Of a stretch of 64,000 bases of DNA, positions 39,803 through 52,176 are shown piece after piece; position 1 is the first letter of the stretch, and the number at the start of each line of letters is the position of its first letter. Position numbers and translations under genes: made by a program. The DNA is from Ptychomitrium polyphyllum (lineage: Eukaryota), in assembly GCA_973851085.1 (NCBI GenBank), contig OZ316776.1, forward strand, positions 248,001-312,000, read 5' to 3'. Below the pieces are notes generated by a model. The model ran no database searches and was not told the origin of the DNA. It saw only the letters and a list, made by a program, of their open reading frames with translations.

Positions 39803-40538
39803 ATGGATCTGTCGGAGAAGGAGAGGGTTGAGAAAGCTGCGTTGCGCAAGCGGAGGCAGCAGGGCGTGGCTGCTGGAACATCTCGCTTTGCGGAGTTGGA
39901 GCAGGCGGTGCAGGAGATTCGGATGAATACTTTGCAGGTTTGGTGCCCTTTTGTGCTTCCCTAATTTCGAATATAGGTTTTTTACTCGCAATGTTTTTAT
40001 GTTGGATTTTTTTTGGGGGGGTGGGTCTTTGGCATTGTGCTTTTTCTGGGGTTTACATTGCTGGTGTGGTGTCTTTTTCCAGGTGCTTAAGACCCCTTAT
40101 TATAGGAATTGCAAAGCTGCACGTAACATCCGTAGAGGTATGCACTCACTCCTGCTGGTTATGAAGCTATTGTGTTCCCTATAGGAACTTAGACGGGGTG
40201 GGAGTTTGTTTGTGAATGTTGTAGTGTGGAGTGTATTCTTGATAGTTTTTTGATTATTCGGAAACGCAGTAGGCATGCGAGTCATTCGAGAATTATGCAA
40301 GCAAATGCGCTCGGAGACGGTGACCATCGGGAAGGAGAGGAAGGAGAAGGGTGATGGCAGTGCAAGCAAGCGAAGGAAGATAGTGGGAGCTGCAGACCCA
40401 GCTGGGCATCCCGGCATGCCCAGTGGCTCCGCAGGCATTGACCCAGTGGTAGGAGGTTCTCCAGCAGGTGTGAACTTCGTCATGTTGTCGCAGAACAACA
40501 ATCCTCCTGTTATAACTGAGCTGAGCGATTCTCCTTAA
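39803..40538 (+). CDS. Small basic protein (~151 aa) with a histone H1-like Hc1-type helical core; exons 39803-39937, 40083-40137, 40273(or 40270)-40538
   Basis: ATG in GCCATGG context, GT-AG introns, phases close without stops: MDLSEKERVEKAALRKRRQQGVAAGTSRFAELEQAVQEIRMNTLQ|VLKTPYYRNCKAARNIRR|GMRVIRELCKQMRSETVTIGKERKEKGDGSASKRRK...SDSP*. The gene model is well supported; the family call is by eye only. Confidence 0.7.
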
Positions 40539-41683
40539 GAGCTCTAGACCGGTGGCAAGCAGAAAGGTTCATCACTTCAGCTGAGGAGGGACGCAGGGGA
40601 GCCATGCTGATGATTTATGAAGTAGCGCTCACGATCTCTGTGCATGTGAGGATGCTTCCTGCAAGGAGACTGCAGCCCTAAACCATGAGGTATCCACCGC
40701 CATGCGTGTTCTGTCGCGTGGAAGCCGGTTAGGGTTTAGAGTGCATCTCATCAAGCGGGAACGGTCTTGGTCTATGCTTCGGTCCCTGTGCATCTATGAT
40801 CTCATTAAGCGGACACAGTACGAAATGGGCTTCTCGAGAACTCGAGGTATACATCAATGTAGAAGCCTTGGATTTGTGGGACTTCTATGTATGTAGCTGA
40901 TTGTTATTCTTTTGCTAAATGCACGGTGACACTTGACAATCAAATGAGTTTCCTGCCAAGGTTACCATCATTTTCACAAAGAGTCTGATGAGTATCCTGA
41001 CAAGTCCCTTGCCCGCTCTTTTTCTACACCTCTGGAATTTTATGAACATGGTTAGAACATGTGCACTAGCTTATTGATTGTAACGTCAGAGTCCTGTGTT
41101 AGTTTTCTTCGATGTTGAAACATCTCAGGGTTTGTGTGGAGTCTCAAAATGCACGTGGAGGGGTGCAGGTCTTTTGCAGTGATGTGTGGTGTCACTATGC
41201 TCAACTGGAAGTTTTTAGCGACATAGAGAGAAGAATATGTGGTGTTTTGTTGTGATGTGTTTCTGGTAGGTATTCTTTTTTGCTTGGTTGGCCACATTGC
41301 TGTCTTTGGTTCAGGTGTGTCGAGGAGTTATAATATGTGGATTAACGTTGTTCCCATTGCAGACTGCGGTAGATGTTGGATGCATACAGTTAAATTGAGT
41401 CGATCATGGATTTTAGCAAGGGTATCAGGTGTAAGCGGATTAGGAGTATTAGGGTATTTCGTTGCATTCACACGTTGTGTCGGGTAGCTGCATGTGTGCG
41501 GGTAAGCTTTTTACAGTTGTTGCCTCGCAATCTTTCACCTCTATGACTGTTCAAAAGGCGTCTTGTTCTATTAAGCTTTGGTGGGATATGTCCAAAATTA
41601 GTCTATTGGCATAGACTAATTTTGATCTACATTGTTTTGAGAGGAATCTTTCCATAAGCTTGTTAAGTTTTTCTAGATAATCC

Positions 41684-41805
41684 TATTCTCAAAACAAATT
41701 CAATTATAATAAATAAAATAAATTATGATAAAATAAAATCAATTATTCTCAAAACAAATTCAATTATGATAAATAAAATAAATTATGATAAATAAAATCA
41801 ATTAT
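41684..41805. repeat. ~60-bp AT-rich tandem duplication
   Basis: tattctcaaaacaaattcaattat... recurs at 60-bp spacing. Confidence 0.75.
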
Positions 41806-42822
41806 GATTCACGGACAAAAATAATTTTATAAAACTTAAAAAATAAAACTATTCAACCTATAAAGTTAAATACACAAAGGTTTGAAGATTCACTAATATG
41901 AAGTTGTAATAAAAAATAATGTTGAAGATGATATGAAAAATACATCTATACAATTACAACCATTATAAGCACAATCTTTTTAAACTCTATATTCTTAAAA
42001 AGCCTTATAAATTAACAAATAAATTTTAAAAAAAAATTGTCAACTTTCATAGCTATAAATACCATAATAATATCATTTTAATTTCAACATATTACACAAA
42101 AGAAGAATAAAAAACAACCACCCATTCTTTCATTAATATAAGTCTTTTTTAGTAAATTATATAATTGTGAATTCATATGTATATAAAATAAACAATATAC
42201 AATACATGAATTAAAAGCTTGATTTTTATAGGCTTTGTAGAAGGTCTATTTTTTTTATCAAATAGAAATACTTTTATGATTTTATCTTAACAAATTTTTT
42301 TAATCAAATTATCTTAAATGAATGAAACATAATTAAATGTAGTTGAAAAAAATGGTTAAATATGTTTATGATCCACAACTTTAAAGAAAGAAAATGAACT
42401 TAAGTATCAATTTTTAGTTTATAAATATGATTGTGTTGTTCATAAATCATGAATTTGATTTTTTTCAATTGAAATAAATTGCTAAATTGGCTGTATGTAA
42501 CTTCTAAATAATTAAGCCAATGTACATGCTATGTCATTATTCTTACCCAAATTCTTATCCAACATTGTATTCAATTCCTGAAAAATCTAAAAACAAAGCA
42601 CATCAAATCTTAGGGACAAAGAAGGCCTTCCAAAAATATGTTGTATAGAAACCAAAGAAGAGATATTTCTATATCATTTTCAAGACTGCAGAAGGGTCCT
42701 TACACTAAAAAGAATCGTAAGAGAATCATTTATTCCAAATACTGAAACCAAAACATAGTAATGTAAAGTAAAATAATGAGGGAAGTAAGCCAATGTGGAA
42801 AAAAAAGGCCAAGAGAGAAAGA

Positions 42823-45800
42823 TGTTACGGATAGAGTAATGACAAGACAAGACTTCAAGATTTTAGGATATGAAGCAAAATATGTCCAAGGTATATTAGA
42901 AATAAAGAATTATAGTAAGGTACAAAAACAAGGCCAAAAGGTTTGAGCTAAACCACAAGAAATGCGTTGTTAAAACTAAAGATCCCTTCAACCTCGACTC
43001 CTATATATACAAACATCACAAGCTTTGGAAGCTTCTTGAAAAGCTTTTAGTACATCACTTTGTACTCAAGCAACCTTGAATTGCTTTCTTGGAAGCTTCA
43101 TAAGTTGAGGTAATTTCTTTGGAAGCTTCATAAGTCCAAATAACTTCCTTAGAAGCTTCCTCAACTTTCTAAGAATCTTCCTAGATTCTTCTAATATGTA
43201 TGTCTGTGACATCACCTCCCCTTCTAGCTGCAAGGTCTCCAAAGAGCATGTTGCAATAAATGTTGAGAGTTGTAAGAAGTCAAAAGTTTGTCACATGGTG
43301 TCTGCAACATACTCCAATTGCCTTTCATAATTCAAATGGTTCATAGGTCCTTGTAACCATTGAGTATTCAACGCCTTTTACTTAGAACTAAGCATAAACT
43401 TGCATATCTTTGTTATGAAAGCGTCTTTCAAACACCGATTTTGAATAATCCTTGTCAACTAGCTCCAATTCAAAAACAATCACCAATGATCTATTATTAA
43501 ATATCCTTTGATGTCTTTTTGGTCTAATTTGTTCTTTGTTACAAGGTTGTCAATACAAACAACTTAATTGAATTGACACCACTAGCGTGGTATTTACATC
43601 TCGACTATCTATATCTAATATACTGAAATAATTTCAAGAAACTATGATAAATCCAAAATACAAAGGCCTAGATTTTAAATCATGTATAGAACTTCTAGTA
43701 CTTTATAGTCTAGGAATTGCTTTCTTTTTTACTTAAAAGTCCAAGAATCAAAAGTCTTCATAGTTACACAATATTACCAAGCCACTATTCCTTGTGCTGC
43801 TATTTTTGGTTTGGATGGATGTTGTCAATGAAACTCACAAATTTTTATTGGTGAATTGGCAAGATTGTTAGCTGGCTCTTATGTGCGTTTACTGATGTCA
43901 TATCCACGCCAATGGACCAAATATTCTAACTTTCCATGTTTTATCTGTGAATCAAGCACTTCTTCTACTTCACATTCATAATGATTCTTAATTTCCACTA
44001 CATGTGATAGCAGTTGCATTTGTCAAAAGATAGCTGATTTCTTATAGACTTCCAAAAGTGAAACGTAGAAGATTGAATGTACCTTCATTAATGCTGGTAG
44101 CTTTAAACAATATGCCATGTGATTGACTTATTTTTGAATTGCAAATGGTTCCAATCTGCAATAGTCCAACTTATTACTTAGGTTATTGGTCCTTATATTG
44201 CGTCAAAGAAGCCACACCTTCTCACCATCTTGGAATAGAGGTTGTTCCTTATTTGTTGCAAATATTGTCGTTTTATATCATTCTTGAGCTTCTTTTAGTT
44301 GAGTCTTCATGGTTGCTTGAATCTTTTCCGTCCTTGTAGTAAATCCCTCTGCTACAATCGTGGAAGCTATAACATATTTGTTTTTGGATGATATCCATAG
44401 TTGGAGTGGAATGGTGTTTGTTGGATGGAAGCATGAATGGTGTTATTGTGGATAAACTCAACCAATGTCAAATAGGAAGTCCAATCATCTTGTTGGTACT
44501 TGATGGTATACTTGAAATATAATTTTAGGATCTAGTTGACTCGCTTTGTTTAGCCATTGATTTGAAGATGGAAAATAGAAGAGAGTTTGAAGTCCACTTT
44601 AAGAATTTTAAAGACTGACTTCCATAATCTTGATACTAGTTGTGACCTACAATCTAATATAATATTGTTGGACAGTCTATGGTAGCGGTAAACATGATCC
44701 ATAAAGAGTGTTGTAATCTCTTTGTTTACGATTGTTTTTCTTACAAGGTATAAAATGTGCGATCTTGGTCAATTGATTTACCACTACAAAGATGGTATCA
44801 AAAGAATTTGAGGGTGGAAGATCTGTGATGAAATCCATAGAAAGTGATGACTATGGTTGCCTTGGAATAGGCAGTGATTGGAAAAGCCTATATGGGTAGT
44901 ATCTAGGATTCTTTGACCAAAAGTAGATATTATATGAGAGGACAAACCCTTTATCGGCCTTTTACATTTGAGGCCACAAGAAGTCTTAAGAGAGGAGTTT
45001 TAAAGTCTTATTGAATTTAAAATGTCTAGCCGCAAGAAAGTCATGATATGTTTGAAGTATACAAAGGCAAACTGGTCCTTTAGGAATATATAGTTGTTTT
45101 TAAAATATAAGAGGTTGTCCTCAAACTTAAGCTTAGACACATCCTCAAGAAGGTTGTTGGAACAATGCTTGATATCAAGAACAAGTGGATTAGTGGTAGA
45201 TGCCATATGAACATGGTTAAGGAATGATGAATCCATCGGAGCTGAAATAGTAATTGTGTGTATGCAAAATTATTCAAGTTTCAATAGAACTACTTATTGT
45301 TAATTGTGTGCTTCTTCCCTATCCTTTAATACAAGATATAACTGCCTAGACAAAGCATTTGATAATCCTTGTTGTTTTTAGAGTTGATATGTGTTACAAA
45401 AATCAAATCAAGATAGAGACATATTCCAACAATCTTGCAACAATTCAAAACACAGATTGATATGAAATATTCCAAGTTCTTGTGGTTTGTATATATAATA
45501 ATTGGATGCGCAGTACCCTCAAGCGAGTGGCGCCATTTTTTGAAAGAATCCACAATTGCAAAGAATTCCTTGTTGTAAATCTCATAGTTTATTTTTGTAA
45601 TTGAAAATTTTCTGGAATGGAATGCAACCGAGTGAAATCTCCTTCTTCTTTCTAGCTGCGATAATATTATTTCTAATACAAAGTCAAAAGCATCCGTCTC
45701 CATATAAAATGACTTTGAAAAGTCCAAATGGACTATAATAGGGGCTATAGTAAAAGATTGCTTTAAACTCTGAAATGCATCCTCGGCATTGGTCCCCACT

Positions 45801-48800
45801 CAAGCTCTTCTTAGCATGTTAGGTGTGTAAGTGGTGCAACTGTTTGGGAATAGTCTTTGATAAAGATCTTATAGAAGTTTGCAAATCCAAAAAAACATTG
45901 GACATCATGTATTAAGTTTGGCCTCTTCCAATTGCTAATTACTTCAATCTTCTTTGGATCCATCAATAATCATTTGTTTTAGATGACATAGCCAAGGAAT
46001 TCTACTTGAAGCTCATGGAAGATACATTTTTCTAGCTTGGCATACAAACCAGCATCTTGTAATTTATATAGGACTATCCGGATATGTCATTTATGCTCCC
46101 TTAGATTCTTTGAATAGATCAAGATATTATCAAAATAGCATACTACAAAATCATTGAGGTACTACCTAAATAAATCATTCATCAAGTGTTGGAAAATGGC
46201 GGGATTATTGATAAGTCCAAAAAGCATGACATTGTATTTAAATGTCCATACCTTGTTCAAAATGTTGTCTTCCCTTTGTTTCTTTTTTTGATGTACTTCA
46301 AGTTATAGGCTCTTTGCAAGTCTATTTGGTATAGATTTTTGTTTGGCCAAGTTGATCAAGAAGTCCAGATATCAATGGCAATGGATATCAGTTCTTTACC
46401 ATTATTTTGTTTAGGCCACCGTAATCAACATACATTTATAAAGACCTATATTTCTTCTTTACAAAATGTACTAGAGTACTAGCATGAGACTTTGAATGCC
46501 GAATGAAATTCTTGACTAAGTCTTCATCAATATATTCTTTTAATGCCGAAAGCTCGTTTTGGAACAAATTGTAGATAGGTCCAAATGGTGGTTGAGTGCT
46601 ATTTTAGAGGTCAATGGTACTATTGTAGGGACAATATTTTGGTAGGATGTTTGCATTCTATTTTATAAATATATTTTGGAATTCCTTATAATTTTTTAGA
46701 ATGATTGATGATAAAATCACATTTATAGGTGTTGGAGTCACACACACAGCAAAAGAAGTGTCATCTTTTGTTACCCTTATAAATGCTGTAGCTCCAATAA
46801 AAAAAAGCTTTATGGCTTTAGATCTATGCAATATATGAGCTTCCTCTCTGAGCTAGGTAATTATAGATTTTAGTGTTGGAAGTTCTATTGTATGAGATGC
46901 CCAATTTATATGTGGATTGTATTTTTCTAATGAAGAGAGCCCTACGATGATAGAACTTGATGGAACCTTAATAATATTAAACAGCACTTGACTACTATGA
47001 TTGTTTACTATTACTTTTAATGGATTGGTTTCTTGAATAACATCTCCAAAGGATAAATGTCAATCATTTATAACTTCTATTTGAACCAATTAGGACTTTC
47101 TCATAAAAAGAAACTTATGGATTTTCAAAAATTCTTTATTAATAAAACAAGTAGAGCCCTTCAAATTTAATAAAGCAAGGTTTTTGAGCTTTTGAACAAC
47201 CAAACAAAAAAGTATAATAAAACAAGGGAAATGGTGGACAAAGAAGACAAAACCTTTATTTTCTTCCAAAAAAAGCGAATTCAGTTGCAAGGTCCCTATA
47301 GTGGCTAAACATCTTGTTTTTCTACAGAGTATTAGGTGTTGTAATTGTACCCCTCATCTAATATATACGTAGGGACTTCTTTGGATAGTTATCAACTTTG
47401 TGATGAAGTTTTCTATAGTACAAATACAACCCTTATTCTCTTTGTCACTTCTTGTCATATTTGATAAGGTACTTGAAGCAGGCCGCATCAATTTGTATGG
47501 CTTCCGCTCTCAAATATTTATTAAAACTGGACAAAGCCAATGCTACTAAGAAGTTGGTATGTGGTTGCGGCGTAATCAAAGCCTGTTTATCTTTACAATG
47601 TTGAAATACATAGTTATTGCACTTTAAAGCTTGGCTAATGGTTTCATTAAGTGTTTGGGGATCTTGCATGAATAACAACAAATCCGTAACCTTGTCATGT
47701 ATGCCGCAATGAATTTTGACTCATTGATGCTTCTTTTCCCTAATTAATGTTGCATGCAAGTTGTAAAAATTCTGATGCATAAATTGACATTGAACGTGGC
47801 CCTTGGTATAAGGTGCAAATCTTAATGGTTGCAAAACAAAACTTGTCATGGTCACCAAATGCTTCTGCAAACACGGCTAGGAATGCCTCAAAATTTATAG
47901 GTATGGGAGTATTATTTTCAAAGAGTGGTGCAAAACAAAACAATGTTTATATTAAGAACAATGTTCCTATCAAATTGAGGCGTGAAGCGTTTGTAGAATA
48001 TCATCAAGGCTGGAACAAAGTAACAAATTGAACTTGATTTACAAAGCTTCAAAGTTTTGGACGCATATTGTTAAACTTCTTTGGAAGGTTGATTTTTAGT
48101 TCTTTTGCTATTGACATTGAATTGTTGGCTTGAATTTTTACGTCTTCTTTTAAAGCAGATCTGAATAATGGAGCATTTAGAGTAACTTGGAATAGCAACT
48201 GGACTGCTTTTGCTCCTTGATCATTATGTATGGTCAAATAATTTTCTTCATTTTGCTTCAATAAAGCCTTGGTCTTGATCTTTAATGCTTCAAAGGCATT
48301 AACAATGGAATCTAATTTGGCTTTATTTAAATCAATTATATTGACCTCTTCACCTTCTAGCATGAAAACGAAATAAAAATTGCTAAATAAACAAAATTAA
48401 GGAAGATTCAAGAGGCAATTTTAGCCTAGAAGAAGATAATTTTCAATTTCTATAACGCTATAATACTTTTAAGAATACAGATATTCCACTTTCTATCAAG
48501 AACGCCCAAGCTCTGATATTTTTATATAATAGTTTCAACAAACTATTACAGAAAAAATAGCAATAAGGCAAGTTTTTGAAATTTCAAGATAGGAAATAAA
48601 ATATGTCCAAGGTATATTAGAAGTAAAGAACTATATTAAGGTACAAAAACATGGCCAAAAGGTTTGAGCTAAACCACAAGAAATGCGTTGTTAAGACTAA
48701 AAATTCCTTCAGATCCTACTCCTATATATATAAACATCACAAGCCTTAGAAGTTTCTTGAAAATTTTTTAGTACATCACTTTGTACAACCTTGAATTGCT

Positions 48801-48926
48801 TTCTTGGAAGCTTCCTATACCGAGGTAACTTCTTTAGAAGCTTCATAAGCCCAAATAACTTCCTCAGAAGCTTCCTAAACTTTCTAAGAATCTTTCTAGA
48901 TTCTTTTAATATGTATGTCTATGATA
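42823..48926 (-). mobile_element. Gypsy chromovirus element D (family A-like), full length and degenerate; LTRs 42823-43211 and ~48544-48926
   Basis: Two similar LTRs; PPT at 43212-43225; gag, RT, RH (FYMETDAFDF..VAFHSRKF..YTNHKNLEYF), IN and chromodomain remnants. Flanks AAAGA/AAAAA give only a weak TSD. Confidence 0.9.
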
Positions 48927-48980
48927 AAAAAAACACAGTAATTATTTGAATGAAGGAAAGAAGGAAAGAAGGAAAGCAAG

Positions 48981-51662
48981 AGTTACAAACAGAGTAATCA
49001 CAAAACAAGGCTCCAGGATTCCATGATGTAAAATAAGATAAGTTCAAGTATATTAGAGGTAAAGAGCTACAACAAGGTATAAAAGACAAGGCCAGAAGGT
49101 CTGAAGTAGACCACAAGAGATGCATTGTCAAGGCTGAAGAGCTCTTCAGCCTCTCCTACATATACTAGAACTACAAGTTTTGGAAGCTTCTTGAGAAGCT
49201 TCATCTACATTGCTTTGTATTCAAGCAACCTTGAATTGCTTCCTTGGAAGTTTCCAAGGCCGAGGTAACTTCCTTGGAAACATCTTAAGTCAAGGAAACT
49301 TCTTTGGAAGCTTTCTAAATCTTCTAAGAACCTTTTTAGATGCTTCTAATATATATGTCTATGAAATCACCTCCCCTTCTAGCTTTGAGGTCTCCAAGGA
49401 GCAACAAATGCTCAAAGTTGTAAAAAGTCAAAAAATTTGTTTCATGGTATTTGCAACATATTCCAATTGCTTTTCTTGATTCCAATGGTTCATGGGTCCT
49501 TGTAACCACCGATAGTATCCAACGCCTTCTACTTAAGACCAAGCATGTACTTTTGTATCTTTATTGTGAAAGCGTCCTTCAAAAACAGCTTCTAGATAAC
49601 TTTCAAAAGCCGGCTCCACTTCAAAGACAATTACCAACAATCTATTGTTGAGTATCCTTCGACGTCTTCTTGGTCCAATCTGTTCTTCATCACAAGGTCG
49701 TCAACAAGAGCCACTTGATTGAGTTGACACCACTAGCATGGTATCTGCATTTTGATTGCCTATATCTAATATATCAAGCTAGTCTCAAAAAACTATAACA
49801 AACTTCAAAATATAAACGACTAAATTCTAAATCATGTCTAGAGCTTTGGAATCTTATGATCTAGGAATTGCTTTCTCTCCTACTTAAAAATCCAAGCATC
49901 AAGAGCCTTCAAGGTTATGCAGCCTTACCAAGCCACTGTTCCATCTATTGCTACTTTTGGTTTGGATGGATGTTGTCGATGGAACTCACAAATTCTTACT
50001 AGTGGATTAACAAGGTTGTTAGCTAGCTCCTATATACATTCATTGATGTCATATCCGCGCCAATGTACCAAGTATTATAACTTTCTACATCTTATCCGTG
50101 AGTCAAGCACTTCTTCCACTTCAAGTTCATGATAATTATCAATTTAGACCACAAGTAGTGGCAGCTGCCTTTATCAAGGAATACTTGATTCCTTATAAGT
50201 CTCCAAAAGTGAAACGTAGAAGACAGGATATACCTTCATTGATGTTGGTAGTTCCAAACAATATGCCACGTGGTTGACTTGTGTATTGATTGCAAATGGT
50301 TCCAATCTTTGATACTCCAGCTTATCACATGGCCTACTGGTCCTTATATTGTGTCAAAGGAGCTACACCTTCTCACCAACTTGGAATGGAGGTTGTTCCT
50401 TTCTTGCGGTATCTACTATCGTTTTGTATCGTTCCCAAACTTCTTCCAGTTGAGTCTTCATGGTTGTTTGAAGCTCTGCCATTCTTTTGGCAAATTCCTC
50501 TGCTATTAGATTTTCTAATTGTGGAGGCTCTAATATATCCATTTTTGGATGATGTCCATAGTTGGAATAGAATGGCGTTTGTTAGGTGGAAGCGTGAGTG
50601 CTGTTCTTGTAAGCAAACTCAACTAATGTCAAGTAGGAAGTTTAATCATCTTGTTGGTAATTGATAGTACACCTCAAATATTGTTCCAAGTTCTAATTGA
50701 CTTGCTCTGATTGGCCATCGGTTTGACGATGAAAGGCAGAAAAAAGTTTGATGTCCACCTTAAGGATTTCAAAGAACGACTTCCAAAATCTTGATACAAA
50801 CTGTAGTCCACAATCCGATATAATATTGTTGGGCAATCCATGATAGCAGTAGACATTATTCATGAAGAATGTGATAGTCTCTTCATCTGTAATTATCTTT
50901 TTGCAAGGTACAAAATGTGCCATCTTGGTCAACCGATCTATCACAACGAAGATGGTATCAAAAGAATTTGATGGTGGAAGATCTTAAATGGTATCCATTA
51001 AAATGGACAACCACGGTTGCCTTCGAATAGGCAATGGTTGAAGAAGTTCATATAGATGGTATCAAGGGTTCTTTGACCTAGAACCGGTATCACTCAAGAG
51101 CACAAACTCCTTAACGACCTTCCACTTTGAGGCCACGAAAAGTTTCTCGAGATGAGTTCTAAGGTTTTGTTGAATCCAAAATGTCCAACCGTAGGAAATC
51201 ATGATGGGTTTGAAGTACACAAAGGCAAATAAGTCCTACAGGATTATATAGACGATCTTCAAAGTAGAGAAGGTTGTCTTTTAATTTGAACTTAGACACA
51301 TTTTCACGGAGTTTGTTGAAACAACGCTTAATATCAAGAATAAGAGAGTCTTTGGTAGATGCCACACGTACTAGATCAAATAACAATGAATCCACTAGAG
51401 TTGAAATGGTGGTTGTGCGTATACAAAACCGTTCTGGTCTCAACAAAATTGCTCGTTAAATATTGTATGCTGCCTCTCCGTCCTTTGGCGAAAGGTATGA
51501 TTGCCTTGACAAAGCATCTGATAATCCTTGCTATTTCTTGGGTCAATATATGATGCAAAAATCAAATTGGAATAGAGATATACTCCAACAAGCTTGGCAA
51601 CAATTTAAAACACAAGCTGATATAAAATAATCCAAGTTCTTGTGATTCGAATATACAATAAC
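48981..51662 (-). mobile_element. Element A, 3' half (rest of RNase H, IN, chromodomain, PPT, 3' LTR 48981-49366), inverted
   Basis: Minus strand starts GTTAT|TGTATATTCGAATCACAAG (VIVYSNHKNL), continuing HHLLEGVVHPVI at 27072. Integrase DRLTKMAHFVPC. LTR matches 21810-22850. Confidence 0.9.
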
Positions 51663-52176
51663 TGTTAGGGATACAAGAAACAAGAAGCAGAAACGAAGTG
51701 TTTCCTAAGAATTAGCTTCCAAACAGCTACTGATTAACAAGAATTTGATACAAAGACTAGAACAAGGCAAGATTCAAGATGATCCACAACTTGTATTGGC
51801 AAGACTAAGAAATACCTTGCCTTGCGTTCTATTTAAACTATGATGTTTGTATCACCTAGGATACTTCTAAAAAAGCTTCCTACAAGGCTTAAAAATGTTT
51901 TGGAAGTCTAGGGTACCTCCCCAAGAAGTTTCCTAAGATGTTGGAACCTTCCTAAGAATATTCCAAAGAGTTGAAACCTTCCTTGGAAGTTTCCTAAGGT
52001 AACGGAACCTTCTTAGGAAATTTCCTAAAGAGGTAGAACCTTCCTAGGAAGTTTCCTAAGATGATGGAACCTTCCTACGAAGTTTTCTAGGAAATTACCT
52101 AAGATGATAGAACCTTTCTAGGAAGTTTCCTAACATGGAGGAACATTCTTAGAAAACTTACTAAGAACATGGAAAG
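51663..52176 (-). mobile_element. Remainder of the 3' LTR of element B, inverted
   Basis: Reverse complement resumes the B LTR at CTTTCCATGTTCTTAG, where 33135 stops, and ends ..CCCTAACA followed by GTTAT. Confidence 0.9.

Noticed and set aside
39332..39881. Several 75-145 aa ORFs on both strands
   Set aside because: GC-rich promoter/5' UTR of the 39803 gene and its antisense; no domain or splice support.
40100..40501. 133-aa minus-strand ORF
   Set aside because: Antisense shadow of exon 3 of the plus-strand gene.
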